64,000 nucleotides of DNA, taken from Patescibacteria group bacterium. Lineage in GTDB: Bacteria > Patescibacteriota > Doudnabacteria > UBA920. Of the stretch, positions 47,875 to 57,763 are shown piece by piece. How positions within the stretch are numbered: position 1 is the stretch's first letter; each line of letters starts with the position of its first letter. A program made the translations under genes and the position numbers. The notes beneath the pieces were generated by a model. The model made no database searches, had not been told where the DNA came from, and saw nothing but the letters and a program-made list of their open reading frames with translations. The stretch lies in contig JAMDAY010000030.1 in assembly GCA_023484515.1 (NCBI GenBank), positions 1,320-65,319 of the forward strand, given 5' to 3'.

Positions 47875-48185
47875 GGGGCAAGCAAGGCTTCGTTAGGTCT
47901 CCCATAGGATGCCAGCTTGCCGGACAGGCAGATACCCCCATGGTTTTACACTTTCCGCGTCATTGCGAGGCATGCCGCTTGCGAGCGACGTGCCGAGTAA
48001 AAACATCTGCCTTCTGAACGCCTCAACCGCGGTTGAGGTGTTCCCATTGGGGCAGGCTTAGGGTTTAATTACAAATTATCCTTTGTAGGGGCTGCCCTTT
48101 GGGCGCCTGAACTTGCGGGCAGCTAAAGCTTGCCCCTACATTCTTTATGGCACTTGCCTGCTTTAGGGGGCAAGACTTCCAAGTA
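47875..48185 (+). ncRNA. structured non-coding RNA candidate; possible tmRNA (ssrA)
   Basis: This roughly 310-nt stretch has no ORF and a GC content well above its surroundings. It has dense nested stems: ggggcaag/cttgcccc, tgtagggg/cccctaca, ctgccc/gggcag, and the perfect 18-nt palindrome cctcaaccgcggttgagg. Its 5' end (GGGGCAAGCAAGGCUUCGUUAGG) fits the tmRNA 5' consensus GGGG-N7-GG(A/C)UUCG. smpB is present in the window. A canonical T-arm/acceptor 3' end was not found, so the assignment is tentative. Confidence 0.35.
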
Positions 48186-48317
48186 TTCCGGCGTAACATT
48201 AAAATATGCGGAATAAGCAGCTTAATGAATTGGGCAATAGCTGTGTATTACGGCAAATAAAAAACAAAAATAACCCAAAAGTCGTAAATTTGTCAAAATT
48301 TTGTGTTTTAGTTTTAT

Positions 48318-48656
48318 TTGTGTTATAATTTTGGCATGAGTGAACAGGAAACCAGGGAAAAAATTAAGGAAATTGCCCAGAAAATCGCCGTGGAATTTAA
48401 GCCGGAAAAAATTATCCTTTTTGGTTCCTACGCCTGGGGAAAGCCCGATCCGGACAGCGACGTTGATTTGTTCGTGATTAAGGAAGTTGAAAATACTCGT
48501 GGCTGGGCGGGAAAAATTAGAATGGCTTTATGGGATTATCCAATAGCCATGGATATTTTAGTTTACAATAAGGAAAGATTAGGCAGGAGCTTAAAAAAAC
48601 AAAATTTTTTTATTAAAGATATTATTAGCCAAGGGCAAGTTTTATATGAACGATAG
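48318..48656 (+). CDS. minimal nucleotidyltransferase (MNT) antitoxin-like protein
   Basis: The sequence ILFGSYAWGKPDPDSDVDLFVI matches the GS...DxD motif. Confidence 0.75.
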   Translation: MCYNFGMSEQETREKIKEIAQKIAVEFKPEKIILFGSYAWGKPDPDSDVDLFVIKEVENTRGWAGKIRMALWDYPIAMDILVYNKERLGRSLKKQNFFIKDIISQGQVLYER

Positions 48657-49035
48657 CCTTTTATACCAAGATTGGTTAAAGCATGCCGATAACGACGAGA
48701 TTTCCTTACGGGCCGTTCTGAAAGAAGGGACGCCAAATACAGCTTGCTTTCTGGCGCATTTGATTTCAGAAAAGTATTTAAAGGCGCTTTTATTATTTTA
48801 TCGTGCGGAATATCCTAAAGTGCATGATCTGGTTAAGCTAGCCAAGCTCCTTGAATCAAAATTTCCTGATATCAAAGAGCTAGGAACTGATTTGGAATTT
48901 TTAACAGAATTTCATATTGAAGCGCGTTATCCTGCGGATATACCCAATTATACCCCAAGTGACGCAAAAAGAGCTTATGAGTCCGTATTACGAATAAAGG
49001 AATTCGTAAAAGGGAAGATTCAAGCCAACAGCTGA
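48646..49035 (+). CDS. HEPN domain toxin-like protein (HEPN/MNT type VII TA pair)
   Basis: The ORF overlaps the MNT stop. The HEPN Rx4-6H-like motif is EARYPAD ... and the protein is 129 aa long. Confidence 0.65.
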   Translation: MNDSLLYQDWLKHADNDEISLRAVLKEGTPNTACFLAHLISEKYLKALLLFYRAEYPKVHDLVKLAKLLESKFPDIKELGTDLEFLTEFHIEARYPADIPNYTPSDAKRAYESVLRIKEFVKGKIQANS

Positions 49036-49088
49036 AACATAATTGTTTTAAACAAACCCCACCCCTCAGTAACATTAAGCAAAAACCA

Positions 49089-52000
49089 TTGCTACAGAAA
49101 CTAAAACTAAAAGCTAATCTTAACATATTTAAAAAACTGGCAAGCCTCCTTCTGCTTGCAGTTTTTGCGGTGCCTTTGTTAAAGCCGCTTGTTGCCAAAG
49201 CTGCCAGTGGGGATACGCTATATGGCAAATGGTATGACGCTTCCGAAATTAAGCTGGAATCGCATGTAGACGTCTGGGAAGACGGCCAATGGCACAACGA
49301 TTATAATTTTTTAAGGGTCGGAAACGAGCCCGGCAAAAGTTCTTTTAAGGTGCGCATAAGGTTAATATTAAGGTCTCCTGAAACCTTAACCTTTGCCGGA
49401 AACCAATGGATTGGCAGCCCCGTACGGGACGGCGTAAAGGCTCCCGATAAGAATGGAGCGTTTGGCGGGCAAAATATTTATGGCTTGGTCGGAGAAGGAT
49501 CGGCTTGGGGGCTTAAAGAAAATGTGGTTTGCGAAGACAGGAACGTAGCGGCAATATGGCGGGTATGGCATACGGAAAATATAGCGTTTTGTTATGACAA
49601 AAAAGAAGGGGAACCAAATTCCCGATCTGACAAACGGGAAGACGCCAGCGTAACCTATAAAGCCGGAGACGAAATTTATCATAATGAAATTAGTTTCCAG
49701 CAAAAAGATTTTGAAAAATTAGGAATAGTATCGCCAACCAGCGGAGATTACCGCCTTTTTGATTTCCAGGTATGGCCGGAATTGGTAGTAAATACGGGCG
49801 ACCATAGCTTGTCCGATTATGTCATTGCGGGGGCAGAGGGCGTAATTGCGGGAAAGGCAATAAACCAGTCTGCTGGTATAGCCGAATCTGTGGCAAAAGG
49901 CGTCAATGGCGCAGCAGCCAAAGCCTTAGATTTGGTAAAACAAATTAAAAATAAGCTACTTACTCCCTCCCAAGCTACGGAAGAACTGGCTAAAACTATG
50001 CCGCAATTGTCTGCCCAGGAAGCCAAGGCGGTAGCGGAAGCAATGATAAATAATTTTTCAAAGCTCAGCCCTACGGGAACCATTACGAGGGATATGTTGG
50101 ATACGGTTTCTTCCTCCATTGTTAGGGAATTGGCCGCTAAAGGGATGAGCCAGGAAGCTTCACTGGCAGTGGCAAACGAAGCCCTCCGCCAAATGGCGGC
50201 GCTGGCGGGGAAAGATGCTCCGAAAATAGTAGGCGCTACAGGTGAAGCGCTGGAACGTGCGGCCGTGCAGGCAGCTAAAACCGAAGCGGAAAAAGAAGCA
50301 GCAAAAGTTGCAGCCAGGACAGTGGCCAAGACAGTTGCCGGACAAGTGGTAAAAGGGGCTTTAAAATTTGTTTCCGTGGCAGGTTGGGCTTGGACCGTTG
50401 CGGACATAATTGTTTATGCGACAAGCTTTGAAAACGGCCCAATTACTTATTATAGCGGAAACACGCATGACGTTTATATCCAAGTGTTTAAGACCGAAGC
50501 TGCCGCCTTGGCGCAAAAAGGAGAGGCGCCTCCCGATGGAGTAATAATAAACAACGGAGGAAAAATTGGATCTGGACAAAACCCTACTCCCAGCGGAAGT
50601 CCCTTGCTTGGTGCAGTGAACGAGCTGATAGGGATTGTTATAGGTTTTCTCAATGAGCTAATCTACGTAATTTTCTATTGGCTTATTGCGCCGCTGCTGG
50701 AGGCTATGCTTTCCATACATGTTTATACGGATGTGTTTGTGGCGGTTATTTATCCGGGATGGATTGTTATAAGGAATGTCTGCAATATTGTATTTATTGT
50801 GGCGCTAATTGCCATTGCCATGGGCACGCTTTTCCGCGTGGAAAGTTACCAGTTTAGGCATCTTTTGGTGCAATTGATAATTGCCGCTTTACTAATAAAT
50901 TTCAGTTTGGTCATTGCCCAGGCGGTATTGGGCTTGGCCGACACGGTGCAGGCGCAATTTTTGCCGGACAATTTAACAGTTGTCCGGTCTTTGGGTAGGG
51001 ATATGATGCTAAGTTACCGGGATAATAGTAGCGGTAGTATCACTGGCGTTACCAGTGTCAGTATGTCTAGTTTGGCAATGAATGGAACTTTTGCAACAAC
51101 TGTTAAGCCATTATTTTATTTAGCCCTGGCTTTGGGAAGTTTTGCCGTGTTTGCGGCCATTACCGCGTATTTGGTCATCCGCGTGGTAGCGCTTTGGATT
51201 TTACTGATGGTGTCTCCAATAGCTTATGCCGCCGGAGTATTGCCGACCACCAGTCATTACCGCAGCGAATGGTGGGGGCAGTTTATTAAGTATGCGTTTT
51301 TTACGCCAATAATGGCGTTTTTCCTGAACATTGCCGCACTAATAAACGACCAGCAGGCAAATAATCCCGTGCTTAAAACCGTGTCCAGCGCGGATTTTGG
51401 CGGTTCTACCGTTGCCCCATTTGTCTTTAAAGTGGGCAGCAATATTCTATTGCTAATTTTTCTAGTCGTTGCCCTCAAAGTCGCCGAACAGTTCGGCATA
51501 GCAGGGGCTTCCACCATTAACAAATGGGCCAAAGAAGGCATCTATGCGCCGTTTAAAGGCGCAGGCTTCCTGGCTCAACGCGGCAAGGGTTGGGCAACCA
51601 GGAAATGGAACGAAAAAACAGTGCATTGGTTTTTGGAAGGAGAAGGCGAGAAAAAACCAAGGAGTGCTTTAAGCAAAGCCGCTTTTGCCATGCTAAACCC
51701 GGTTTCGTTCTTTAAAGGCTGGGGCAAGCGGGCAGAAGAATTGCAGCACGAAGCGCAAGAAATTGCCCATGCCGGAGGCCGTGAAGTTGCGGAACAAATG
51801 TTGACTATGGGTAAGTTAAAAATCCCTTATCGGCAATTCGTAGAACGCAGCGCGGAAAATAATTACTTGAAAGATTATGAGAATATGCGCAAGGAGAGTT
51901 TGATGACTGCAGCTGTTGCGGCGACAAATATGCATGGGGCAGAAGGTGAAATGCGCAAGAGAGCTATAGTTAAGGCTGCCGCTAAGAATGGTTATTTAGA

Positions 52001-53354
52001 TGACTTACTCGCAATGAAAGAATTTGCCGAAAAGTACGCCGATGCGGATGGCACTTATTATAGCGCTGAAGTGTTAAATAGGTTTTTATTTGGCTATCTC
52101 GGCCAAAGTGAACAATCTATGCGTTTTATGGCTGAAGATATGGAGCAGTTGGGTAAGGACACAGGACATTATGAATATTTGGGCCACGCCGTTTACGATC
52201 CCGATACCAACACATTTAAGAGAGGGATGGAGGTGTTAGGTATGACAAAGGGTGTAGGAGGCCGTAATATTGAGGAGCTTAAAAATACCCACCAGGCTGC
52301 TTTTGCCATTGGAGAGCTAAAGAAAGTGGGTGGTCGGCAGAGGGCTGGTATCGCCCCCCATAATTTAATAACCTTGCGGGCAGAAGTTGATGAAAATGGT
52401 TTTAAAACCAAAGATAAAACTTTGTATGATATTACAAGGAAAGGTAGGGCAGACGGGGAGTTAGATGAATATCAATTAGGTGCTATTGGTATATTTGATC
52501 CTGCAACCTTGCGTGACGCACATTTTGCGCAATCTCGCCTAAAGGAATGGATTTATTCTTTGGAGGTGGATCAGACGACTGGAGAAGTGGTTGTTAAAGA
52601 TGATGCTGACGCTGCAAGGATCTCGTCAATCTGGAAGGTTAATCCGTCTTTTATGAAGCAAATGTATTCGCAAATCACTGGAGTAGATGTTAAAGATGTT
52701 ACGGGGATAAGGTTAAGAAAGGAAGACGGAAGCGGAAAAAAGACAGAAATGAAGATAGGTAATCCATCGACAATGCCAATGCCTGTAGGTAACGAAGTGA
52801 CAAATGATGTCATAAAAGATAAGAGAATCGGTTTAAAAGATGAACAAAAAAAACGCATAGATGCTTACCTGCCTTCTATAGTTAGTTTGCTATATACGTG
52901 TAAAATAGATGAAACTAAGGCGCGACAGGAGCTTAAAGCAAAATGCGGTATAGAAGAAGATAAATTAGAGCAGCAAATTATAGATAGAATTCACGAAAGT
53001 ATTGCGATGCAGTTAGAACAACGATATGATCCGCGCGCAGTAATTGATGCCGTTGATAGCAGGATTGTTAAGGAAAAGCACCACGGCCATGCAAGCGAAG
53101 GATTACCCCAAGGCTTAAAGTTTAATTTTAATACCAGGATCTTGCATCGGTTAAAGGAGGCGTATGGAAAAAGAAAGAGTTTGCAAAAAAAAGATGTTAG
53201 GGAAGCTATTCAAAAAGCATATGGTGACTTGGTTGAATATTATGAAGGTAAACCTGAAGAAGGCAAGGTGGCGGAAATTGAGCCCGGAGACTTAGATAGG
53301 GTTGCAGAGCACGCAGTCCCGATATCCAGAGGAGATTTGGAGACATTAGATTGA
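49089..53354 (+). CDS. giant VirB6/TrbL-like membrane protein (1421 aa) with large N- and C-terminal extramembrane domains
   Basis: A signal peptide is present. The central polytopic block spans about aa 500-850 (IYVIFYWLIAPLLEAMLS, VCNIVFIVALIAIAMGTLF, LLVQLIIAALLINFSLVIAQAVLGLAD, LVIRVVALWILLMVSPIAYAAGVL, FFTPIMAFFLNIAAL) and resembles the TrbL/VirB6 core. Confidence 0.5.
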   Translation: MLQKLKLKANLNIFKKLASLLLLAVFAVPLLKPLVAKAASGDTLYGKWYDASEIKLESHVDVWEDGQWHNDYNFLRVGNEPGKSSFKVRIRLILRSPETLTFAGNQWIGSPVRDGVKAPDKNGAFGGQNIYGLVGEGSAWGLKENVVCEDRNVAAIWRVWHTENIAFCYDKKEGEPNSRSDKREDASVTYKAGDEIYHNEISFQQKDFEKLGIVSPTSGDYRLFDFQVWPELVVNTGDHSLSDYVIAGAEGVIAGKAINQSAGIAESVAKGVNGAAAKALDLVKQIKNKLLTPSQATEELAKTMPQLSAQEAKAVAEAMINNFSKLSPTGTITRDMLDTVSSSIVRELAAKGMSQEASLAVANEALRQMAALAGKDAPKIVGATGEALERAAVQAAKTEAEKEAAKVAARTVAKTVAGQVVKGALKFVSVAGWAWTVADIIVYATSFENGPITYYSGNTHDVYIQVFKTEAAALAQKGEAPPDGVIINNGGKIGSGQNPTPSGSPLLGAVNELIGIVIGFLNELIYVIFYWLIAPLLEAMLSIHVYTDVFVAVIYPGWIVIRNVCNIVFIVALIAIAMGTLFRVESYQFRHLLVQLIIAALLINFSLVIAQAVLGLADTVQAQFLPDNLTVVRSLGRDMMLSYRDNSSGSITGVTSVSMSSLAMNGTFATTVKPLFYLALALGSFAVFAAITAYLVIRVVALWILLMVSPIAYAAGVLPTTSHYRSEWWGQFIKYAFFTPIMAFFLNIAALINDQQANNPVLKTVSSADFGGSTVAPFVFKVGSNILLLIFLVVALKVAEQFGIAGASTINKWAKEGIYAPFKGAGFLAQRGKGWATRKWNEKTVHWFLEGEGEKKPRSALSKAAFAMLNPVSFFKGWGKRAEELQHEAQEIAHAGGREVAEQMLTMGKLKIPYRQFVERSAENNYLKDYENMRKESLMTAAVAATNMHGAEGEMRKRAIVKAAAKNGYLDDLLAMKEFAEKYADADGTYYSAEVLNRFLFGYLGQSEQSMRFMAEDMEQLGKDTGHYEYLGHAVYDPDTNTFKRGMEVLGMTKGVGGRNIEELKNTHQAAFAIGELKKVGGRQRAGIAPHNLITLRAEVDENGFKTKDKTLYDITRKGRADGELDEYQLGAIGIFDPATLRDAHFAQSRLKEWIYSLEVDQTTGEVVVKDDADAARISSIWKVNPSFMKQMYSQITGVDVKDVTGIRLRKEDGSGKKTEMKIGNPSTMPMPVGNEVTNDVIKDKRIGLKDEQKKRIDAYLPSIVSLLYTCKIDETKARQELKAKCGIEEDKLEQQIIDRIHESIAMQLEQRYDPRAVIDAVDSRIVKEKHHGHASEGLPQGLKFNFNTRILHRLKEAYGKRKSLQKKDVREAIQKAYGDLVEYYEGKPEEGKVAEIEPGDLDRVAEHAVPISRGDLETLD

Positions 53355-53372
53355 CTATTTCTAATTTAAAAC

Positions 53373-55085
53373 ATGCTAAATTTAGCTTTCATTAAAACCT
53401 TAAACCTGGAATCGCTGAGATACTTGGACGAAGAAACTTTGGTTTCTCCGGCATGTTTGGCTAAGCTGGAGGAAATGTCGGAAGATATGGCTTTTGAGTA
53501 TGAGGCGGGGCTGGCTGCGGAGTTTTATGAAAAGCTAAGTCAACTTATTACACAATATCAGGATGGTCTTAAGCAAAATCCCGACGCGCATAACCGCTTA
53601 ATTGCCGTGCTTTGGAAGGTCTCTTGGAAAGCTTTGCCTGCCTTGGGCTTGAAAATTCGGCGGAACATTTTGAGCAATAATCTGGTATATGCCTTAAACC
53701 GGGGCGTGGACGTAAAGAATATCCTCAGGAGGGTTTTGGATCCTTACGAGGTAGCGTTTATCCCGGAAGAAAACCAGAGGCGGGAGTTTATCTATTCCCT
53801 GGAATCTAACGAGGAAAAGTTGGGTAAGTCCCTGCTTATGCTTAAGACCGGGGAAAAAGTCCAGCCGACCATAAAAAATTGGCTGGCAAATTACAATATG
53901 CATTCGCCTTTAACGGCAGAACGCGGAGCTTTTCACGAGATCAATTATCTGGACTCAGATTTAAATACCAAAACGCTTTCTCCCCAAGACCGCGAAATTT
54001 TAAGGCAGGTGTTAAATATTTATGACTGGCTGCTGTTCCCGCCATTAACTTCCAGGCACGTAACCGTTAATGAAGAAAGGCAGGTATCCGGTACGCCTTA
54101 CATGAACCAGCAGACCGCGACTTTGTCCAAGGAGACGGGCGAAGCCAAGCAGCCTGAGGCTCCGGTGCCGCCGGGGGTAAGGCCAGCGAAGATGAGGATT
54201 TCGGATTTGATGGCGGAAGAAAAGGTAGGTGACGAGAAAGCGAAAATGGAAAAAGGGCAGGCGGCTGGGGGGAAGGAAGATTTAACGGAAATGCCTTTGC
54301 AGATGCGGCCGCCGGTGGCGCCGGTTAAAGAGGCATTGCCAAGCGTAAACACAACCTCTCTGTCGCCTTCGGCGACATCTCCCCTTAAAAGGGGAGAAGG
54401 GGTGGAGGAAAGGCCTGCGGGGACGACTCTTTTTAGCCAAAAAAAAGAGGACATAAAACCGGCGGAAGACAATAGGATAAATGGGACAAATGAGACAGAT
54501 AGGACTAATAAGACGAATGCGGCAGATATCGCAAACAGGACTGGTGCGGCAAAACCGGTGGAAGTGGTGGAAGAAATTGGGACTTTGAACGAATACCATC
54601 AAATAGCCGGACAAGATGCGGCTCCGGGACTTTCGTTTGGCGGACAGGCGCAGGCGCCTTTTAAGGACAAAGGCATGCATTCGGAAAACCAAAAACCCCG
54701 CCTAAGCGAGGTTGGTTTGGCAAGCTCTGGCGTAGCGCTTGAGCCTGACTTGTCATCTAAAGATAGTATAGCAATTCCTGGGAATTTGTCAAGTCCTGTT
54801 TCTAAGCCTAATGACGGATCAGGTGGTACATCCTTAGGTGGTGGACCGGAGGGGGTTCGAACCCCCAGAGCCATGAATGACAAGTCAGGCTCCGCACCAC
54901 GCCCGGCCCACCTGGATAAATTATATCACAAAGCAGGTGCAATAGCTGCCAATAAAGGCGTTCCCCCCATGGCCGTAAATATGGAAACCATTAAGGCGCA
55001 AATGGAAGAAAAAAAGCGGAAAACGCAGGCGCAAATAGACAGTAAGCTGCAGGAGTTGGAGAAGCGGGTGAATAAGACCCTCTAA
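53373..55085 (+). CDS. hypothetical protein with a structured N-terminal half and a low-complexity Pro/Ala/Gly/Ser-rich C-terminal half
   Basis: A 570-aa ORF. The C-terminal half contains a GC-rich palindromic 16-mer at 54852-54867. Confidence 0.45.
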   Translation: MLNLAFIKTLNLESLRYLDEETLVSPACLAKLEEMSEDMAFEYEAGLAAEFYEKLSQLITQYQDGLKQNPDAHNRLIAVLWKVSWKALPALGLKIRRNILSNNLVYALNRGVDVKNILRRVLDPYEVAFIPEENQRREFIYSLESNEEKLGKSLLMLKTGEKVQPTIKNWLANYNMHSPLTAERGAFHEINYLDSDLNTKTLSPQDREILRQVLNIYDWLLFPPLTSRHVTVNEERQVSGTPYMNQQTATLSKETGEAKQPEAPVPPGVRPAKMRISDLMAEEKVGDEKAKMEKGQAAGGKEDLTEMPLQMRPPVAPVKEALPSVNTTSLSPSATSPLKRGEGVEERPAGTTLFSQKKEDIKPAEDNRINGTNETDRTNKTNAADIANRTGAAKPVEVVEEIGTLNEYHQIAGQDAAPGLSFGGQAQAPFKDKGMHSENQKPRLSEVGLASSGVALEPDLSSKDSIAIPGNLSSPVSKPNDGSGGTSLGGGPEGVRTPRAMNDKSGSAPRPAHLDKLYHKAGAIAANKGVPPMAVNMETIKAQMEEKKRKTQAQIDSKLQELEKRVNKTL

Positions 55086-55552
55086 CTTTACGGAATACGG
55101 ATTTTTACGGATATACGGAATTATGAATACAAAATATCAAACGAAAAAAGAAATAATATACGCAGATTTAAGCGGAAAAATTATTGGAATTTTATTCCAG
55201 GTGTATAATGAGCTTGGTTACGGCCATCTGGAAAAAGTATACCAGAAAGCAATTGCTATAGCATTGGCAAAAGCCGGGATGAAGTTCGTTGAACAACTTT
55301 ACGCTCCGGTAGTATTTGAAGGGAAGGTTGTCGGAAAAAATTACTTTGATTTTTTGATAGAAGGTGTTATTGTTTTGGAAATCAAAAAAGGGGATTATTT
55401 TGTAAAAGCAGATATAGATCAGGTTTATAGATATCTGGTGACTAAGAATCTAAAATTAGGCATATTGGCTTACTTTGCACCTCGAACTTTACATTTTAAA
55501 AGAGTAGTTAATTTACGGAATCCGTATATCCGTAAAAATTCGTAGTCCGTAA
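55086..55552. mobile_element. TIR-bounded element carrying the GxxExxY gene
   Basis: The left TIR is ctttacggaatacggatttttacggatatacgg (55086-55120). The right end, reverse-complemented, is ctttacggactacgaatttttacggatatacgga (about 55512-55550), matching at about 33 of 35 positions. It has the same TIR family as 34716-34980. Confidence 0.65.
55123..55545 (+). CDS. GxxExxY family protein (PD-(D/E)XK nuclease-fold family)
   Basis: The eponymous motif GHLEKVY is present in a 140-aa protein. Confidence 0.7.
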   Translation: MNTKYQTKKEIIYADLSGKIIGILFQVYNELGYGHLEKVYQKAIAIALAKAGMKFVEQLYAPVVFEGKVVGKNYFDFLIEGVIVLEIKKGDYFVKADIDQVYRYLVTKNLKLGILAYFAPRTLHFKRVVNLRNPYIRKNS

Positions 55553-55557
55553 AGATT

Positions 55558-57153
55558 ATGGGCATAATCCAAACAGGAAAATTAAAAATTTTAATTAAAT
55601 CTTCCGCCATCCTGAACAATGCCGAACGGCAGGAGTGGACTGGTTTGTTGGAATTGATGAACGACAAGCAGCTTTTGGAATTGGAAAAAATTTTGGAAGG
55701 GGCAGAAGAAGACAGGAAAAAAGCGGCCAACGCGGCCGTTCCCGCGGCCATTAAGCCGGCGGTTCCGGCTGTGCAGCCCAAACCCGCCTCCTCACCCAAA
55801 CCCCTCCAACCTCCCCAGGTTCGCAAGACAGCCACGGGAATACCGCAGCCGGGAACCGGCTTTAGCCATATTATGAATCTGCCGCAGTCGCCCATGGAAG
55901 GGGCAAAACAGGCTGCCGTTCCGCCCCAAAAAGCCCAGGCGCCCGAAACCAAACCGGAAAGTCCCGCCAAAAAGAATTTCCTGCAGCGTTTAAAGTTTGC
56001 CTTGTCGGAAAAAGAGCTGCCTGCCCCGCAAAAGGAAAAGAAACCGGAAGCGCGGCAGCAAAAACCAAAAGCTGTCGAGCCGCTATTGCCGAAGAAAGAA
56101 ACGCAGCCTGACGCCATGCCCAAGTCGGCGGCTTTGGCCGAGAAGCCTACTTTGACCGCAAAAAAACCGGCACCGGCAGTGCCTTTGCCGCCCAAACCAA
56201 AACCGGTCGTTTACAAACAGGTTATTGGCACTAAAAATGTTTATTACCAGCATCCGGCTGCGCCATTAGGATCGCCGGCTCCGGCTTCGGTTCCGGCACC
56301 GGCGCCAGCGGCCCAGCCGGATCCAATTGCCGCGACAAAATTACCGGAAGCGGCAAAGCCCGTTGAGCCCGGTATAAAATGGCCGTCGCCGGATTTGGCA
56401 ATAAACATGCAAGAGCCAAAACCCCAAACCGTTGCCGCAGGAAAATTGGAATCGCCGCTGCAGCCGGCCAAACCCGCTACTCCTGACGTTGTTCCCGCGG
56501 ATCGCGAAAGCAAGCCGGCCTCGCCTGTCCTCCCTGCTTCGCCGCAGTCAATAATCTCTCAAATAAAAGCTAAGCCTGCCCCGCTGTTTGCGGCCGAGCC
56601 GGACACTATCAAGAAAGAAAAACCGCTGCCAATTGGGCCAAGCTTTCCCCCGCAGCTAAAACTTTCCGAAAATCTAAAAACCGAAACAAACGAGAAATCC
56701 CCGCAGCAGCCCAAGTTTTTTCCGGGAGTGGATTTGCCGCAAATGCCGGCGAACGTTAAGGCTCCGGTCTTTTCCCGTCTAAAATTCAAGCCGGCCAGAA
56801 CCCAGGAAGCGGCAATTGCTCAGGAACCGGGCGCAAAAGAATGGGCGGGCAAAGAGGCCGAGGTAAAAACCTTGCAGGACATTGCGTATCTTACGGTTCC
56901 GCAATTTAAGTCGTTTAGCACTTCTTCCCTGGCGCAAAAACTTAAAGCCCTTATTTCCAAGCAAGGCTACCATGCGGTTATTTTCAGCCTGGAAAAAAGC
57001 CCGTTGTTTAAGGTCTATGTGGATACCGGCCTGAAAATTCTGGAAGAAAGGCTGGATTTTAACTCCTTGGAGTCCGACCTGAAAAAGACTTATTTGAGCA
57101 AGCAAGAATTTGAGGCGTTTGCGGATTTGCTGCAACAGATTCAGGCGGGATAA
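55558..57153 (+). CDS. hypothetical Pro/Ala/Lys-rich low-complexity protein with a structured C-terminal region
   Basis: A 531-aa ORF with PKPAxx-type repeats and a conserved-looking C-terminal 120 aa. Confidence 0.45.
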   Translation: MGIIQTGKLKILIKSSAILNNAERQEWTGLLELMNDKQLLELEKILEGAEEDRKKAANAAVPAAIKPAVPAVQPKPASSPKPLQPPQVRKTATGIPQPGTGFSHIMNLPQSPMEGAKQAAVPPQKAQAPETKPESPAKKNFLQRLKFALSEKELPAPQKEKKPEARQQKPKAVEPLLPKKETQPDAMPKSAALAEKPTLTAKKPAPAVPLPPKPKPVVYKQVIGTKNVYYQHPAAPLGSPAPASVPAPAPAAQPDPIAATKLPEAAKPVEPGIKWPSPDLAINMQEPKPQTVAAGKLESPLQPAKPATPDVVPADRESKPASPVLPASPQSIISQIKAKPAPLFAAEPDTIKKEKPLPIGPSFPPQLKLSENLKTETNEKSPQQPKFFPGVDLPQMPANVKAPVFSRLKFKPARTQEAAIAQEPGAKEWAGKEAEVKTLQDIAYLTVPQFKSFSTSSLAQKLKALISKQGYHAVIFSLEKSPLFKVYVDTGLKILEERLDFNSLESDLKKTYLSKQEFEAFADLLQQIQAG

Positions 57154-57303
57154 GTACATGAATTATGAAGTATGAATTAGGAATTAGGGCATTGGATCTA
57201 TCCATAATTCATAATTCCTGATTCGTAATTCTATTATTTTATAGAGAAATACTTGTCAATTCGGAAAGTAAAAATAATGTGTTATACTTAACATAAGTTA
57301 CAA

Positions 57304-57762
57304 ATGCAATTTCCTGTGCCACAATTTACGGACGTGGAGGACAAAATAATCGGCCCGCTGACCATTAAGCAGTTTGGGATTCTGTTTGCGGGCGGAATAT
57401 TCGTGTTTTTGGGGTATTCGGCGACCAAAAGCGTTGCGGTGGGCGTGGTTTTCCTTATCCTGTTCGGAGTGCCGGCCTTAGGGATTGCCTTTGCCAAAAT
57501 AAACGGCAGGCCATTGTATACTTCTTTTATGTTCCTGATAAAATTTATAACCAGCCCCAAGGTTTTGGTTTTCCACAAGGGCTATGACAGCGCCATGGGG
57601 CTGCGGCAGCCGGCAAAAGGCAAGGTTGCGGAAGTAAAAGCCGAAGAGCCGGCAAAATTGGCAGGTCCTCCCCAGGATCCCAAATCCCGCTTGGCGGAAA
57701 TTAACAGCTTGCTGGAAAAAAAGGTTTCGGAGGAACGGGAGTTGCTTAAGAGGATACACTAG
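57304..57762 (+). CDS. PrgI/VirB3-like small membrane protein
   Basis: A 152-aa protein with two TM helices (FGILFAGGIFVFLGYSA and VGVVFLILFGVPALGIAFA) in a T4SS-like context. Confidence 0.5.
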   Translation: MQFPVPQFTDVEDKIIGPLTIKQFGILFAGGIFVFLGYSATKSVAVGVVFLILFGVPALGIAFAKINGRPLYTSFMFLIKFITSPKVLVFHKGYDSAMGLRQPAKGKVAEVKAEEPAKLAGPPQDPKSRLAEINSLLEKKVSEERELLKRIH

Positions 57763-57763
57763 A

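Noticed and set aside
54838-54916. tRNA-like T-arm (GGGGGTTCGAACCCCC) suggesting a tRNA or tmRNA 3' end
   Set aside because: The 16-mer is a perfect palindrome, so it mimics a T-arm on both strands. No acceptor, D or anticodon arms could be built on either strand. It also lies inside the low-complexity half of the 53373-55085 ORF.
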